A stretch of 50,509 bases of DNA, filler included, from Sphacelaria rigidula (taxonomy: Eukaryota), in assembly GCA_964200075.2 (NCBI GenBank). It is 2 parts of 2 records of this genome, joined end to end, with 100 filler letters (N's around TTAATTAATTAA, not from the genome) between each part and the next. Parts side by side here need not be neighbours in the genome. Positions count along the whole stretch, not along the records: positions 1 to 25,208 come from CAXNAA020000173.1; positions 25,309 to 50,509 come from CAXNAA020000174.1. One strand, 5' to 3'. The position numbers were made by a program, and so were the translations under genes. This document shows, in pieces, positions 23,625 through 36,364 of this stretch; position 1 is the stretch's first letter; every line of letters begins with the position of its first letter. The notes beneath the pieces are model-generated. The model saw nothing but the letters and a program-made list of their open reading frames with translations, was not told the origin of the DNA and did no database searches.

Positions 23625-25208
23625 GACATAACTATTTCCAAGTCGCGACTTGGACATGAGCTATGTTCAAGTCACGACTTGAAAATAGCATTAGACTACC
23701 CTATATGTATATATATATATATATCGCCGAGACGTGCCTCTTCCCCAAAAGCAGGCCGTCAAGCGACGTTAGCCTGGTCAGACGAGAAACGGGTCACTTC
23801 GCGCAAAGTCGCTGTGTACAACTAGTGACTTGAACGGTTATGTCGGGCCAAGTGCGGGGTGTACCCTTTCGCAAGGCCCCTCTTCATGCAATCATCATTT
23901 CCTGCCTGATATGATGACCGTCTTCCTCCCCCCACCGCTCCCTCCCGCTCCCTCCGGCCCCCCAAAAAGCACAGCCTGTATCGGTCAACCCACCCGAGCG
24001 CCAAACTCTAGACCACCCTCTCGGCTATAGACTTTTGTCTTCCTCGTGTGTAAGCGGTGTCCATCCATTTTTTGCCGTATGATTTATCTTTGATGATCCC
24101 ATGAAATGGAGAAAACATACCGTAGTGCCGCCTTACAGTCACATACCGAAGCCTTCTTCTCCTGTTTCTTTCGCGTTTATACATGCGTTGACCACGATTG
24201 CAAGTAGGCATCAACGCCGTGATTACTTGGAGCGAAGCTGTGGTGACATCATCTTCTTTATCGTAAAAAACATGCACCGAAGCACGCAGCCGTCGCCAGG
24301 CAAAAGCAAGGGTCAAGCCGACTACGCGGACTCTTCTTGGAATCATGTAGCGGCCTACCCTCGACAACTCCATGGAATGCGTGCGCTCGAAGAGGTTTAG
24401 GAGAGGGGGGTGCAGTTTATGCTGCGAACTACAGAGGATCTGTATCGGCTGGTGTTCTCAGAGCTTGTGTCTGCGGGGAGGCGTACTTTCAGAAAAATGT
24501 ATATCTGTCATCATCACTCGCTCGGCACTCTAAATCTCGTCATCATGTGCACAAGTCTAGCGATGGTTGTATCGAAAGTACCATAAAATTTGGTTCTCGT
24601 GCTCTCCACTGAGAGGAAGATGACCGCACTGAACATCGACCCCCGTTTGTGCTCCCCTACATCGTTTCCCGCTCAAGAACGTCGCCCTCTGATACATGGA
24701 AGGAAAGACAAAGTTTGTTTTGCCTGACCCGTAAGCCCAGGCTCACGAGAGCGCTTCATCCCCTCAGGATGCTGCTTCCGATATCTGCAAACACAAGCGT
24801 ACGCACAAAACGGAGTATTCTCAATCAGAGGAGTACCCCCTCGCACGCCGCCCACCCTTGTATAGAGTAGTTCTACAGTAATAGAGATGTATGTACTTTT
24901 TTGTCCAAAAGTGCTCAGAGGCTGCACACCAAGGCCCAGATGCTCGTCATCGAGACGCTCCGACAGTGCAGAGTCGCAGAGAAAGAATGTGCACCCCTAC
25001 CGTAGAACCACTCTATGGTATTTAGTACAGTATCGGTTTAAATACAGGAGTGTGTATAGTGTTTCGGGGGGTGTACTCATGATCATGCATGCCATAGTCT
25101 GATTCTTTTGTTGGGGGCGGGGGGGGGGGGGGGGGGGGTGATTGATCTCGCCCCCGGCCACCCCGTTCAAAGCACCAATACAAAAAAGGAGGGAATGAGA
25201 GGTGAGAA

Positions 25209-25308
25209 NNNNNNNNNNNNNNNNNNNNNNNNNNNNNNNNNNNNNNNNNNNNTTAATTAATTAANNNNNNNNNNNNNNNNNNNNNNNNNNNNNNNNNNNN
25301 NNNNNNNN
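25209..25308. other. Assembly gap spacer (N44-TTAATTAATTAA-N44)
   Basis: 100-bp block of Ns with a central linker carrying stops in all six frames; artificial contig join. Confidence 0.95.
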
Positions 25309-25675
25309 AGGTCGCTAGTGTTTCGGGTCTTTCGTGGAAGACAGATATGCCACTTCAACCCCATATTTTGTTCGAACCGCAAAATATAAAATCGGCTGTT
25401 TATTGCAGAAAGCAGTTGAGCCTCGTGGAAGTGCATTTCGGATTTGAAACGATTCATTCACTGATTGACCGTTTTTCACTCTCAATCACATCATCTTCTC
25501 ACAGTCTCACGAAAACACTGTTGTAAGTGGTGGAGGCTAGGAATGTCACACTCGGGATGAAAATGTGGCGGGTGATCGGATCTACTCATCATTTCACGGA
25601 AAGGTTTTTGATATGTACATCATGGGACAACGGGTACGAGCTCGGCCAGCCTAGAGGGGGATTCTAAGTGTGCAG

Positions 25676-26780
25676 GCCCATGCTCTTTCTTATACAATTA
25701 GAGTTCGGCCCTGAAATTTGATATGGACAGTGCATAGGGCATAACCAAAAAAATACCTCAAGCACTAAAAGGTTTATTCATTTCATTAGTTGAAGGCATT
25801 TTAATGATACCTGAATACCGATTATTGCTCTCAACTCACCGAAAAAAGATTTGGTACTTCAGTAATTTTTCGTCATGCCCTATGCACTGTCTATACCAAA
25901 CTACACGGTCTAATTCCAAATGAAGAGAAGAGTAGAGGCCGATCAAAAATGAGGCCGGTAGAAATTCGGAACAGTATTTCCGAGGCAACTTACCGGTCAA
26001 CGTTCGGGTTTCGTGTATTGAAAGTTGGTGTGGGCGCTTTCCAACTACATTAGACCAGAAGATTGGGGTTAGGTTGATTTTCTTCTTTTTTTCTTCTTGG
26101 TTCGGGACGTTCTTCTACGGCCAGGACCACTTTTTCACAAAAGTATCCGAACCTCGAGGAAAAATACGAAGGCCCATTTTTTTCCGTTCGGCACACGTTC
26201 GTGGTTCCCCATGCCAACTTTCAAATCACATTTCACAAATTAAGCTTAGAGAGTGCGATAAGGCCCAGGAGTAACATTTGTTCTTCCACAGCACTGCATC
26301 AAAGAGACGAAAAAGAGTAGAAAAAGTGACACCCGTTTTATTTTCGTCATCATGCACCGGCGGTACACTACACAAAGTTTTATCGATCTCTGAAAAGACG
26401 CTTGATGTCCAGATTGGGGGGATCCAGTGCCTCGGCTCGCATTCTTTTTTTCCAGCATGGAAACTCATGCTCACGATATCTCGGGATAGATCCCGAGTTC
26501 GAATGTGAGGGCACCTATCGTCCCCCCTTGCTCCAGAGAGTGTCCACATCAAGATTCGTCCTCACACTCATCGAACAGGGGTTTCGTACAGTTATCAGTA
26601 TGAGAGCCACCTCCGTCATGTATACAAATTACCAGATGTGAGATTTAGTCAACGAGAAAATGTGGGCCCGAACTTTTCATTAGATAGGCACATTCCCTTC
26701 GGAGAGACGATCAACGTGGTATGCCGGTCACGACCCAACTTGTTCGTGTCAATGGGATATTGCTTTTAGAGCTCGAATCC
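25676..26780 (+). repeat. Old dispersed repeat, copy 1 (homologous to ~36365-37452), with an internal ~90-bp inverted repeat
   Basis: Collinear similarity to the intronic copy (GGCCGGT.GAAA.T.GGAACAGTATTT; TCAACGAGAAAAT; GATATTGCTTT.AGAGCT.GAATCC). IR arms at 25676-25768 and 25851-25940. Confidence 0.7.
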
Positions 26781-28196
26781 GTTCTTGGGCTGGATCAGCT
26801 TGTATACAACTTGAAGTTGCGCATTATCGCAAGCGTCACCACATCGTGTAACTCGAGTAAACCTGTCCGTAGGCTGAGATTTGTGTTCTGCCACGCGGCG
26901 AGTCCCGTTTGTCCGAGGGTAGTTCAAATATATGTGAGGCGTGATATAACGTGCGCCAGCGGCAACACGCAGACTATTTCTTCACTACTCAGACATGTGT
27001 CTCACTACATTTCTGTGACGACAGTGGACCGGTGATGGGGGGTTCGATTATTTGTTTCAACTCTACATTTCTTGTGTGCTCTCGTTCGCCTTCAACACTT
27101 GAAGTGCTAACAACTACACGTGAATATCACACCCGGGAACATCGTGCACTCAATACCAGGTATCGGGCGAGGGGCCTCGTGAAACTGGAAGCGTAATCGT
27201 CAATCGACCCCTTACTTCCGGTCATACTCTCAACTCTGGACTCAACGACACCATGTCGAGTGTTCTTGGACCTTGGAATTCGACGTGACTGGATGGTGCA
27301 CGGAGATCCTTGCCCGACAGACGAGCGAACGTTCACATGACGTGTTCGCCGTCTAAAGCATTCTTCAAGAGGAGGTCCCCCGTTCGTAACGGGTATTTTG
27401 GAGATGCCGAAGGTCGCCATGCCACACGTCGTCATCCTGTGCGAATCATCTTATCCCGCAAAGTGGCAAATTGCATGAAATGTATTCTTTCATCATGTGT
27501 TGATCGGCGTCACTGGCAGTGACTTTCCTTGACCGCATCGTTTCGTAAGGGTCGCGTCGTGGGGCTAGAATGCAGCGTCAGAATCAGTAGATCTTCTCAT
27601 CGTGCTTGTTGTAAGCACTCCGAAGGTGTCCTAAGTGTTCTGTAGCATCACTCGCTGCATTCCCATGCTCTCGACCCGCGACAAAAGGGTTGGAAAAAAC
27701 TGGTCGAATACAACCCATCCACAAAAACATGCCGACCGCGATCGGATCACAAGATCTCGCTCAAGTCCAGATCGGGGCCGGCGCCGTCACAGGGACCGAC
27801 ATGAAGCGTGTGAGGTCACCAATGTGTCTGCCGTCTTCTTTCATAGCGGATTTCGCGCATCAAGGCGGCAGACACTGAACAGAGACCACGATCAACTAGT
27901 GACAGAAAGGTGGGGAAAAAGCCGGGACAAAAGGTCATTCCGCCCTCGAAAACGCATGACTCATCAGCAAGCAAGATGGCATGTCATCGGGCTGCCGGGA
28001 GGTAACAGCGGCAGCGAGTGCCGGTGACTTCTCCGACAGGAAGGAATTGTCTACCGTTATGAAAATGACATCAACACCCGACAAGCAGGAGAGTCATCAG
28101 CAAATGGTTCATGACGGCATTATTGAGATTCTAGCATCGGCACCCTCCGTTCCTACTTCCAACTGACGTTCTTCTATCTCGCGACGACGAAATAGT

Positions 28197-31100
28197 TTAG
28201 GTGCCCTCCTGCTGGGTCCTGCGCAGACGGGCAATGGTAGACCGAACCGTCACAGCCGCGGGGGTGCTGCGAGTAGGAGGCAACGAGCGACGACACGCGT
28301 GGGTTGCACGAGGGGTGTGTGGGGGTGCGACAGTTACTCACGGCAGAACGCTGTGCGCACAAGACAAGAATCTAGCCGGTGTGCTATCGACACTGTCCAA
28401 AGCGTACGCGCAGATTACGGAAGATCTACTCTGCTCCATCGCAGTGGCTAAAGAACGCACGAATGATGCACGCACATCGAAGATCGAGGGCACAGTAGAT
28501 CGCGAAACTCGGTCACAATCACATTGACGGAGATCGACGCCGATACACAGCGCGGTACAAGTCTACGGGGGTGAATCTCGTCGAGGATCCATGACGGTCA
28601 GGCGACTTCGCAACCCCTCTCTCGTCCCTTCAATCTTCCATCGAGGGGCGTTGTAAACCAAGAAGCGGCGAGTTCGAAAGAAATCCTCGACGAAAACACT
28701 CGTGTCGACTGTAGCAGCACTCAAAAGATACATCAGATGCTGCACGTTCGAACAACACGAAAAGAACAGGACGCTAACGTAATTGGATCGTCTTCACAGT
28801 TCCGTAAAATGTACGCCGATATACGTTGTGAACGGACACTCAACTCGTATTTAGACTGCTCGCATGCTGGAAATCCCGAGACATGATGCCAACATCTCGC
28901 ACGGTGAGCAACACTGGGAGCAGCGCGACGGATCTAGACGGGAGGCACAGATCGCATCAACATTAGCCGTGTATTCTTTTAGTAGATACCGTGTACCAGC
29001 ATCAAGACGCCTAACGCCTTTTCGAGGATTCACACTCATGGAAACCATCAGCATTCGGGAAATTATTCCGACCAGCTCCACTTTCGTGAGAAGCATACGC
29101 TCCACGACACATACTGTGAAGAAGCTCACTTGAGGGTGTAGGCGCCACCAGCCGATATCTTCTTGCAGGCAGAGCACTTCCAGATGCCGGTAACCTGGCG
29201 CCTCGTGGTTTCCTTGCCGCAGAAGGGGCACGTGTACGTCGCGTGCTGACTGATCTGTTGGGAAAAGGCCGCAATGAAGTGAACGTGGAAAATTCGCGTT
29301 CGTCGGAAACGCAGGTCAGGAAATGGGAAACTCGATTATTGCGAGGTGTAACTCCGCAACCAGCAAAATTTGCAGGATTCCGCCGTGCATCCCAAAAAGG
29401 TCATCATGCTCGTATAAGTGAGAGCTGCCGCCAGGTCACAAGTCTGAAGATGCCGAATCCGGTACAGTTATCATGTTAACACTCGAACAGAGATCTCGCT
29501 CAGTCTCAAGGGAAAACTTCAAAAGTAGTTTTGGCCGGATGTTGGACCCACTTTCATGGCATGCACGAATTTTACTTCTTCAAAATCGGGGAATGCACTT
29601 CAGGTATACGGATTTGGACCAAATCGGGGGTCACGATCTCGTTACAATAGTATGAGGCGTTTGATTTTTAGCAACGGCAGCAGAAGACAGTTTCGTGGCA
29701 GCACAAGGCGTGCTCACTGCCGCTCCCAGCTGCTGAAGCACCTTCGCAAGGGGTTCGACAGGCGGATTATACGTATTGATACTTACCCCACGGCGGTAGT
29801 TACATGTTGCGAGTGCCACTGTACTCTCCTAGCTTTTGTCGCCGTGCTTGAGAGGTGGTGTGCTGCACTGCACTACTGAACTCTGCTCGTGCAGTTTGTT
29901 CTCTGTTTTCGCAATACCGGCTGTGCCATCATGTACTTCCGCAAGGCATCATCATGTCACCGTACTGATGGAGTGTCCTGCACTGTATCACTCTACGGTA
30001 TCAAGGTACGAAACTGTACTCGAAGGATTGTTCGCCGGCTGCCTGATGTTCGGCTTCGTACACGAGTACGCAGTACCACACTCCTGCAAAAAATGACCGT
30101 CCGTGTACAGAACCGTTTCACACGTGTGATCCTGTACTTCCTGTACCATGAAACGGTTCCCCCGGTTTTTTCGAAATCGGGGTCCTAAAAAAGTCGATAT
30201 TCGTTCGCCATAAAAGTGTCTCACAATTTCCCCGAAAAATCGAAGTTCAACTATTCAGCCTCACCCAGATCAATCAATATCGGGTATTGGCCACTCATGG
30301 GCAAACCAGTGCAGAAACCCCGACCGTGACGATTGACTAGGATAGAAAAGAACACTGCACCTGCTCCCCACTGCATTCAAGTACATTGTACAGTGCTATG
30401 ATCTCTGCTTGATATTCCGCAGTTGTCTGCAACACTCGACAAAAGAAGGTAGGTGGGAGGCGCAGACTGCACGGAGACCACAAGTACCTCCCGCTACTGT
30501 GCTCCAGTGGTGGAATGCTGATGGCTAAACTTGGTCGAGCTCCACTTCATGCAAAACGTGATATACCCATTTTCGTCGAGACTACGTGTTCAAGACTACC
30601 GCTACAATACAGTTGGACCAAGAACGAGTGCAAGTATTGATTCATTACACATAATTGTAGAGCGCGTCAGTCGGCTGAAGTTCGGGGTGGGAGTGCATGG
30701 TGACTCGGGACACGAGGGGGAAACGCCTGCAGGGCCTGCAGAGAGTGGTTTTTACCGTGAGTTCGAGTGTGATAGAACCGTTTCGGCCCATAGCATACGA
30801 TGAGAAAATCAATGTGAAAACATATTTCTTCAAGTGTTGACTTGTGAGTAACCAGGAGAAAAACTTCTGCAGTGATCGATTCGATGTAGGCCCCCTCCCC
30901 CCTGGGGGAACAATCATTGCATGGGTGGGATTAAGCGTTTTGGAGTGTGTTGTTTCGGCTGAATCAAGGCATTCACCCTCTTCTCGAACGACTCCAGCAG
31001 GAACAGAGCTGATGTCCGACGTGTTCATGATTCACACATATCGTGATCATAGAGAAGTATGCAACCCACATCGACAAAATAGTATTTCGCTTCGATAATT

Positions 31101-32597
31101 GACGGGACTGAATCGCTTCGGGTTGGGTTCTTAAATGAATTAGTCTCGAATCCGTCTTAGTTAATCGATTGTAAGAAATGGCCATCTCACAGCGGAATAA
31201 GGGTCGGGGTCGTGGAAGACAGAGCAGAATCGGCATCCTCGTCAATTTTCTAATTGGAGTATGGTATTTTACAGTCAATGTCAACGTTGGACCTGCCGGA
31301 CTTCAGCGATGACAGAAAAATTGCTCGATGATCATTTGTTATCTCATCCATGCCCGTCACCAGACTCCTTATTTCGTGGGAACATGCTCATTGTTGCAGG
31401 AGATACTCGCTGAAATTCAATAAAATTACACGCACCCCGTCGGAAACATCCAAGCCCCCGTCTTTCAGAGTAAAACAGCGTTCCTGAACGATGCTGCGGA
31501 ACGACGGTAGTAACCAAGTAGGTGTTGTATGCATTTACTGCAGACGGCACGACTTCTCTGACGATCCAGGAGGGCGCACATCTCACCTCAATCTTCTTGA
31601 TGACCTTCCGGAGCGAGGACCCATATCGGACACCGTACTTCCCAGTGATACCCACCTTCTTCGTGCGCTTACCCTGAGGTCATGGTAAGGAAAAGGGAGA
31701 AATCGGTCAAGGTCTTCTCGGCAACTGAGACCACGTGGTGGCAAAACAGCCTGTGCCACACGCTACAAGCGCGTGAGGACTCGGCAGCTTCTTGCACAAT
31801 TCAGTCAACTGGACTATCTTGCTCACTTCATGGCAATGCAGGACCTAGAGCAGGTTATTTCAACGCTGCCTCTAACGGTCAACATGCCGACTGCCCGAGC
31901 TTAACATGAAGGCGACAATAGCCTTAAATCGCAAACGAGGAAAACTGTGTACGGCAGCTTTACACCTCTCAGGTCGTGCTAGTTTTCTGTTCCAAGAATA
32001 GGGGTCTGAGCTACAATATGAGGGCCAACAGGATTACCCTCAACAAGGGGGAGGTATTTCCCACCGAATTCAACGCAACCGTCCCATGATTGAAACGAAG
32101 AGGGGACGTACACGCTACAAGTGATGTGGCACCGATAAGGTGTGCGCAAACGCTGCAGAGGTTCCTTCGATACAGTGAGGTGGGTCACCACGAACGCTCA
32201 CAAGGCTGTTGCCCGCACACGTTCGGGTGTGACATAGCAAAAGTTCGAGGATAAACACAAGGAAGCACCGGGTGATCACCACCTCATGCATCACAGTTCA
32301 AGGGCCTGTGACCATCACGAGGACCAACAACTTACGTTGATTTCTCGTAAGAGCAGTCAATGAACGGTCCACTTGTGCTGCTTTAGCCCTACCGACAGCG
32401 TCGCTTTCAAGTCATGCCATCAGTGTCTTGGTAACCGGTTCACTACTCGCCTCCTGCCAGCCCCAGCGCAGACTACCAAAACGCGATGCAGCCTTGTCAT
32501 ACCTAAACTACACGAGTAAAATGAAACAGCAGCCATGCAAACACAACACACTTCTATTACATTAGAGAAGACAAGTGAAGGCCTGCTTACTCACCAT
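28197..32597 (-). CDS. RPL37A: 60S ribosomal protein L37a (eL43), 4 exons: 32597-32595, 31673-31587, 29254-29130, 28266-28197; 94 aa
   Basis: Spliced with GT-AG introns it gives [94 protein letters not shown], with the canonical eL43 C4 zinc finger. The CDS is 285 nt and the phases are consistent. Confidence 0.95.
29311..29410 (-). ncRNA. Candidate intronic box C/D snoRNA in RPL37A intron 2
   Basis: Minus strand reads AGC-ATGATGA...(~80 nt)...CTGA-CCTGC: perfect C and D boxes, a short GCA/UGC terminal pairing, and D box ~60 nt upstream of the 3' splice site. No rRNA target was identified. Confidence 0.35.
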
Positions 32598-33559
32598 GGT
32601 GAAGAGGGAAGGGGTCGACCGCCGACGCTAAAGGGTGCCTATGAACTGGTGCTCGTGTCCATGAAAATCGGTGGGAAGATGACACATCGTACGCGGACGT
32701 GTACGGTTTCCTGAGGCGTTCCACTTATCCTTCGAAGTCATGTTCTAATATTATCATGTCCCGTTGGTGGAAGAAATTACGAACTAATATGTAAAATCTA
32801 AGATGAGTAATGATCCAGAAGGGCGGGGACAAACACAAGAGAAATGAACATCAACATTCACGCTGGGTGGAGAGTCAGCCATCCCCTTTCATTGCGTACA
32901 TGAACCAACCGGTTTTGTGAGACATATATAATGAATTGATTATTTGTTTATATTCGCCGGGGCTCCAGTTTTCAGATCTGTGGTCGAATAAGGGAAGATT
33001 CCCGGGCAAGCACACATGAGCAGTGTTACTCCTCCCGTAGAGAGTGTGTAACTTCAGAGTTTAAATACCAGAAATACTACCTTATGCTTTAAACTGCACC
33101 ATCGATTGTCCACTGGTGGTTTTCCTCGCACACGGATGCTAATAGAAAATGACCAAGTGCTCTCAACCTGATACCCGTCTCTACCTCAGCGCGTTTTTGT
33201 CAACAGGCAACGAAGACAAGGTGGAAACAGTATGTATCGCGGGCTATGCCCAAGCCAAAAATAATGCTTGGATCAACCAGTCAGGATACATAGCACTAGT
33301 GTTGGAAATTACGGAGATAACTGAGTGCTTGCTATAGAGGAAAAGGAAGGGACTGAGGACGACGAGGGAAAGGCGGGGACTCGTGCGATATTACGGAAAC
33401 AAGAAGACCCCCCCCCCCCCATTTCCCCCCGACTGCAGGTCTCCGCACTTCACAGCACCCCCGTCTTGCCCGCAGACCTAGGAAAGGGCCCCCGAGGGGG
33501 TGCTTGTAACTGGCAACGACGGGCTCGATCCTACAGTAGAGTACATATTTCTTGTACAT
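32598..33559. promoter_or_regulatory. Putative divergent promoter region between RPL37A and the ENT/PHD gene
   Basis: Head-to-head start codons ~960 bp apart. Pyrimidine tract CCCCTTCCCTCTTCACC directly precedes the RPL37A ATG. Confidence 0.45.
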
Positions 33560-33862
33560 ATGAATCGCGCAGACCAAAGCGTCACTCGACACGCGGCGGC
33601 GTCCCGTGCGGCTTACGAGACTCTGTACGCGGCCTTTGCGTCGCAGCCGCAGGGTATCAAGGCGAGCCACAGCGGCGTGCTCAATTTACTCAGGACAGAG
33701 CTAAGGCTTGACGAAAGCTTTGCTCAGGAGGTGGAGACCAGATATTCGGGTAGCGGTGGTGGGAAGCGGACGCGGGGGGGAGGGGGCTCTGGAGGGAGTA
33801 GTGGGGGTGACGGAGAGAGTGGCGAGGCTGAGGTGCCTGCGATCCAGATTGCGTGGAAAGAG
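33560..33862 (+). CDS. First coding exon with ENT (EMSY N-terminal)-like domain; probable 5' end of the PHD/AP2 gene
   Basis: MNRADQSVTRHAAASRAAYETLYAAFASQPQGIKASHSGVLNLLRTELRLDESFAQEV resembles the ENT pattern (AY.svL.AF.aQ......e.lL.eLR.EL.isde). In-frame upstream stop at 33479; phase-0 donor GAG|GTGTGT. Confidence 0.6.
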
Positions 33863-35572
33863 GTGTGTTTCGACATCTTGGTCTGATATTTCGTTTTTCC
33901 TGTTATAGCGTACAAGGTTAGACTACTACTGTCTGTATCTTCATGTCGTGCGTTGTTGAGGTTCCTCTACACTACAACAGTAACTCGCAGCTAACAACTT
34001 GCATCGTCAGTACATGTTCATCGACAAATGCGTGGGACGGAAGGCTGGTTTGCGGGTGCTTGCTAGGTTGCCGTAGTTTACCGTGGTATGGACAAATCAA
34101 CTGGGTTACGGGAGCGTAGCGGGAGTTTTGTCAAGATGTTCGGTAGCTACTGTCGGTCAGTTCTGACTGCGGTTGTTTTGTGTATCAGGGAATGTCGAGT
34201 GGTAATGCCCCCGACAGGTTTTTGTTGCCTTTCGCGGTTCACTCCGATGGCGACTACTTGTTCAGTTGAAAGGCAGTTTTTAGCAGGAGCCTGTCAACGG
34301 GTGTCGTGGGATGCGGTTGCGGCATATTTGTTCCTCACAGGTTATCGCAGACGTCGTCTTTCAGAGTGCTTCGAACTGAAGGGTATGGTCAACCTTGGCT
34401 TGACCAACCACGAAAAGCATGTAGCGAATCTCGGACATAGACCACAACAGCAGTCAGTCACCGCAGTCACGGCTGTATACGAATCACATGTACAACAGTT
34501 CTCACGGGACGTCGAAGACTTGGCTGTAGTGTAAAAAAATACTGCAACAAAGTGCTGGATTTCGCGTCTAGCCGCGCATCAGCCTCGAGCAGAATCCTCC
34601 CTGCAGCCAGATATGGTGTCCATACGGTGGTCAACTGTCGCGAAAGCCCCTCGAAATTTGTCTCTGATGTTCTCCAGCTGACCTAGATTTGTTGTACATT
34701 GTTGTACAACAGTACAGATGTACTGTTGCTACAATTGTCTGTTGTGTTGACCGTCATGACACGCACTCAACGAATTTAAGGCGTTCCCAACTTTTTGATC
34801 AGGTCATCACAAATATTGATCGGGGCCGAGCTCCACCCTCGATCATATAACGGTGCATATCACATACATGAAAACGGTAGATGGCAAGAAGCTCGAGCTC
34901 GTTCGCTACACCCCGAGTGGTGGATATTCACTGCCGGGACGTTCGTATGCGAAAGTCAAACTCAAAATGTCTGCTTGCCTTCGGCGCGGGCAGACAGGTA
35001 ACCTATTTTCTGGCAGTGTCGCGTGTTGACGTCCGATTGAACATATGAGCAAAATGGATTTCACGTACGTCGCTTTCCGTGGGGTTGATGGGTAGGAGCT
35101 CATACCCAGAATAGTGTGATCGACATCGATGAGCCGCAATCTATTCTCACGGCTTTTTGATGTGAGTGCATGTTTTTTTTTTCTGTTGTGCATGACCTTT
35201 TCCACCTGACACCATGTTGCAAAGGCCGGTCATTTCTTGGGGGGGTTATTTTGTTTTGTGTTTGTTTGAATTTTTCGCTTTCTTTTTCAGTCTACTCTAC
35301 TCTGTGTGTCTGCTAGGCCAACTCTTGTGGGAGCGTTCGAGATTTCATTTTGCAACAGTTTCAGAGGAGTTTTTGTTTTCCTTGTCATCATGGTGAAGAA
35401 AGAAAGAAAAAAAAACGTTCGAAATTATTGCAAAATAAATTTCTAAACGCTCTCATAAGAGTTGATGCCCCTCTGTTTTCTTCGATTTGCTTCAGCGAGT
35501 GTCATATTTGTATCTTTTTGCATGTCTCGGGTATGCCATTAGCTGTCTGTGACCACGGATGGATCCCTGCAG

Positions 35573-35653
35573 GATAAGTTACTGTTGTGGGACAATCGAA
35601 CAATCAAAACTGGAGTGTCGTACGGGTCACTAAAACCTTCTGTCCGCGAACAA
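35573..35653 (+). CDS. Possible small internal exon (DKLLLWDNRTIKTGVSYGSLKPSVREQ)
   Basis: CTGCAG acceptor, 81 nt, phase 0/0, so it would bridge the ENT exon to the PHD exon. The donor GTCCGT is weak. Confidence 0.35.
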
Positions 35654-36364
35654 GTCCGTTCGAGTCTTGGTGTGGCAACACCCCGCCTGGTGTATCGGTT
35701 TGATTGTTGTATGCGGTCGCTCCTGCAGCAAAGATGGAGAAATTATCCTTCGAGCTGGGCCAGCCTAGAAGCACGTTTGTAGTTTACAGGCGAATTCGCA
35801 ATTTTTTACTCACAGCAGTGGGCGGTCTAAGTGTTCAAGGATGTTTCGGGGGTTTCCTCGCGTACTACTCTTCGATATAACTCGAAATCGCTAGTGTCGG
35901 TAGATTTTGGTACAAAAAGATCATCGTCGAAACACAACAGTGCAGAAGTCCGTGTGAGTCGGTGTTATCGGGTCGATACAAGTAAATACCCCGTTTATCA
36001 GGAGGGTGTTATTGACCGTGAAACACAGATTTTCGGCTTTAGTACGATAAGTAGGTAAAATTTCAAAAAATAAAACTTGACATTTTTTCACAAATATGAT
36101 CGGGACAAGCTCGATCGACCGAAAATACCGAAGAGTAAGAATCTGACCTGAAACGTGGCAGAACCCCCGATGACCGGTCAGCCTGTAGGTCACTCCATGT
36201 TGAGGACATATGAAGTTTTTTTCTTAAAATGTGGAGGGGATACAAATATTTTCAGATCCGCCATGTGATCAGCGGTGGCGAGCAAAAAGAGCCCAAGAAA
36301 ATCGCCAAATACGAAAAAATCACAGAATGCCACAAAATGAAAAGTTAGACCGCCCACTACGGTA

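Noticed and set aside
24027-24101. Ankyrin-like peptide KINHTAKNGWTPL on the minus strand
   Set aside because: Single short motif followed by a stop, with no further repeat residues or exon support.
25253-25264. TTAATTAATTAA palindrome
   Set aside because: Artificial scaffolding linker between N runs; adjacency across it is unverified.
29949-29955. Second perfect C box (ATGATGA, minus strand) in RPL37A intron 2
   Set aside because: No CTGA D box at a suitable distance downstream.
30815-30845. SQHLKKY peptide resembling RPL37A SQHxxY
   Set aside because: The true exon is 29254-29130; this intronic match lacks the zinc-finger continuation.
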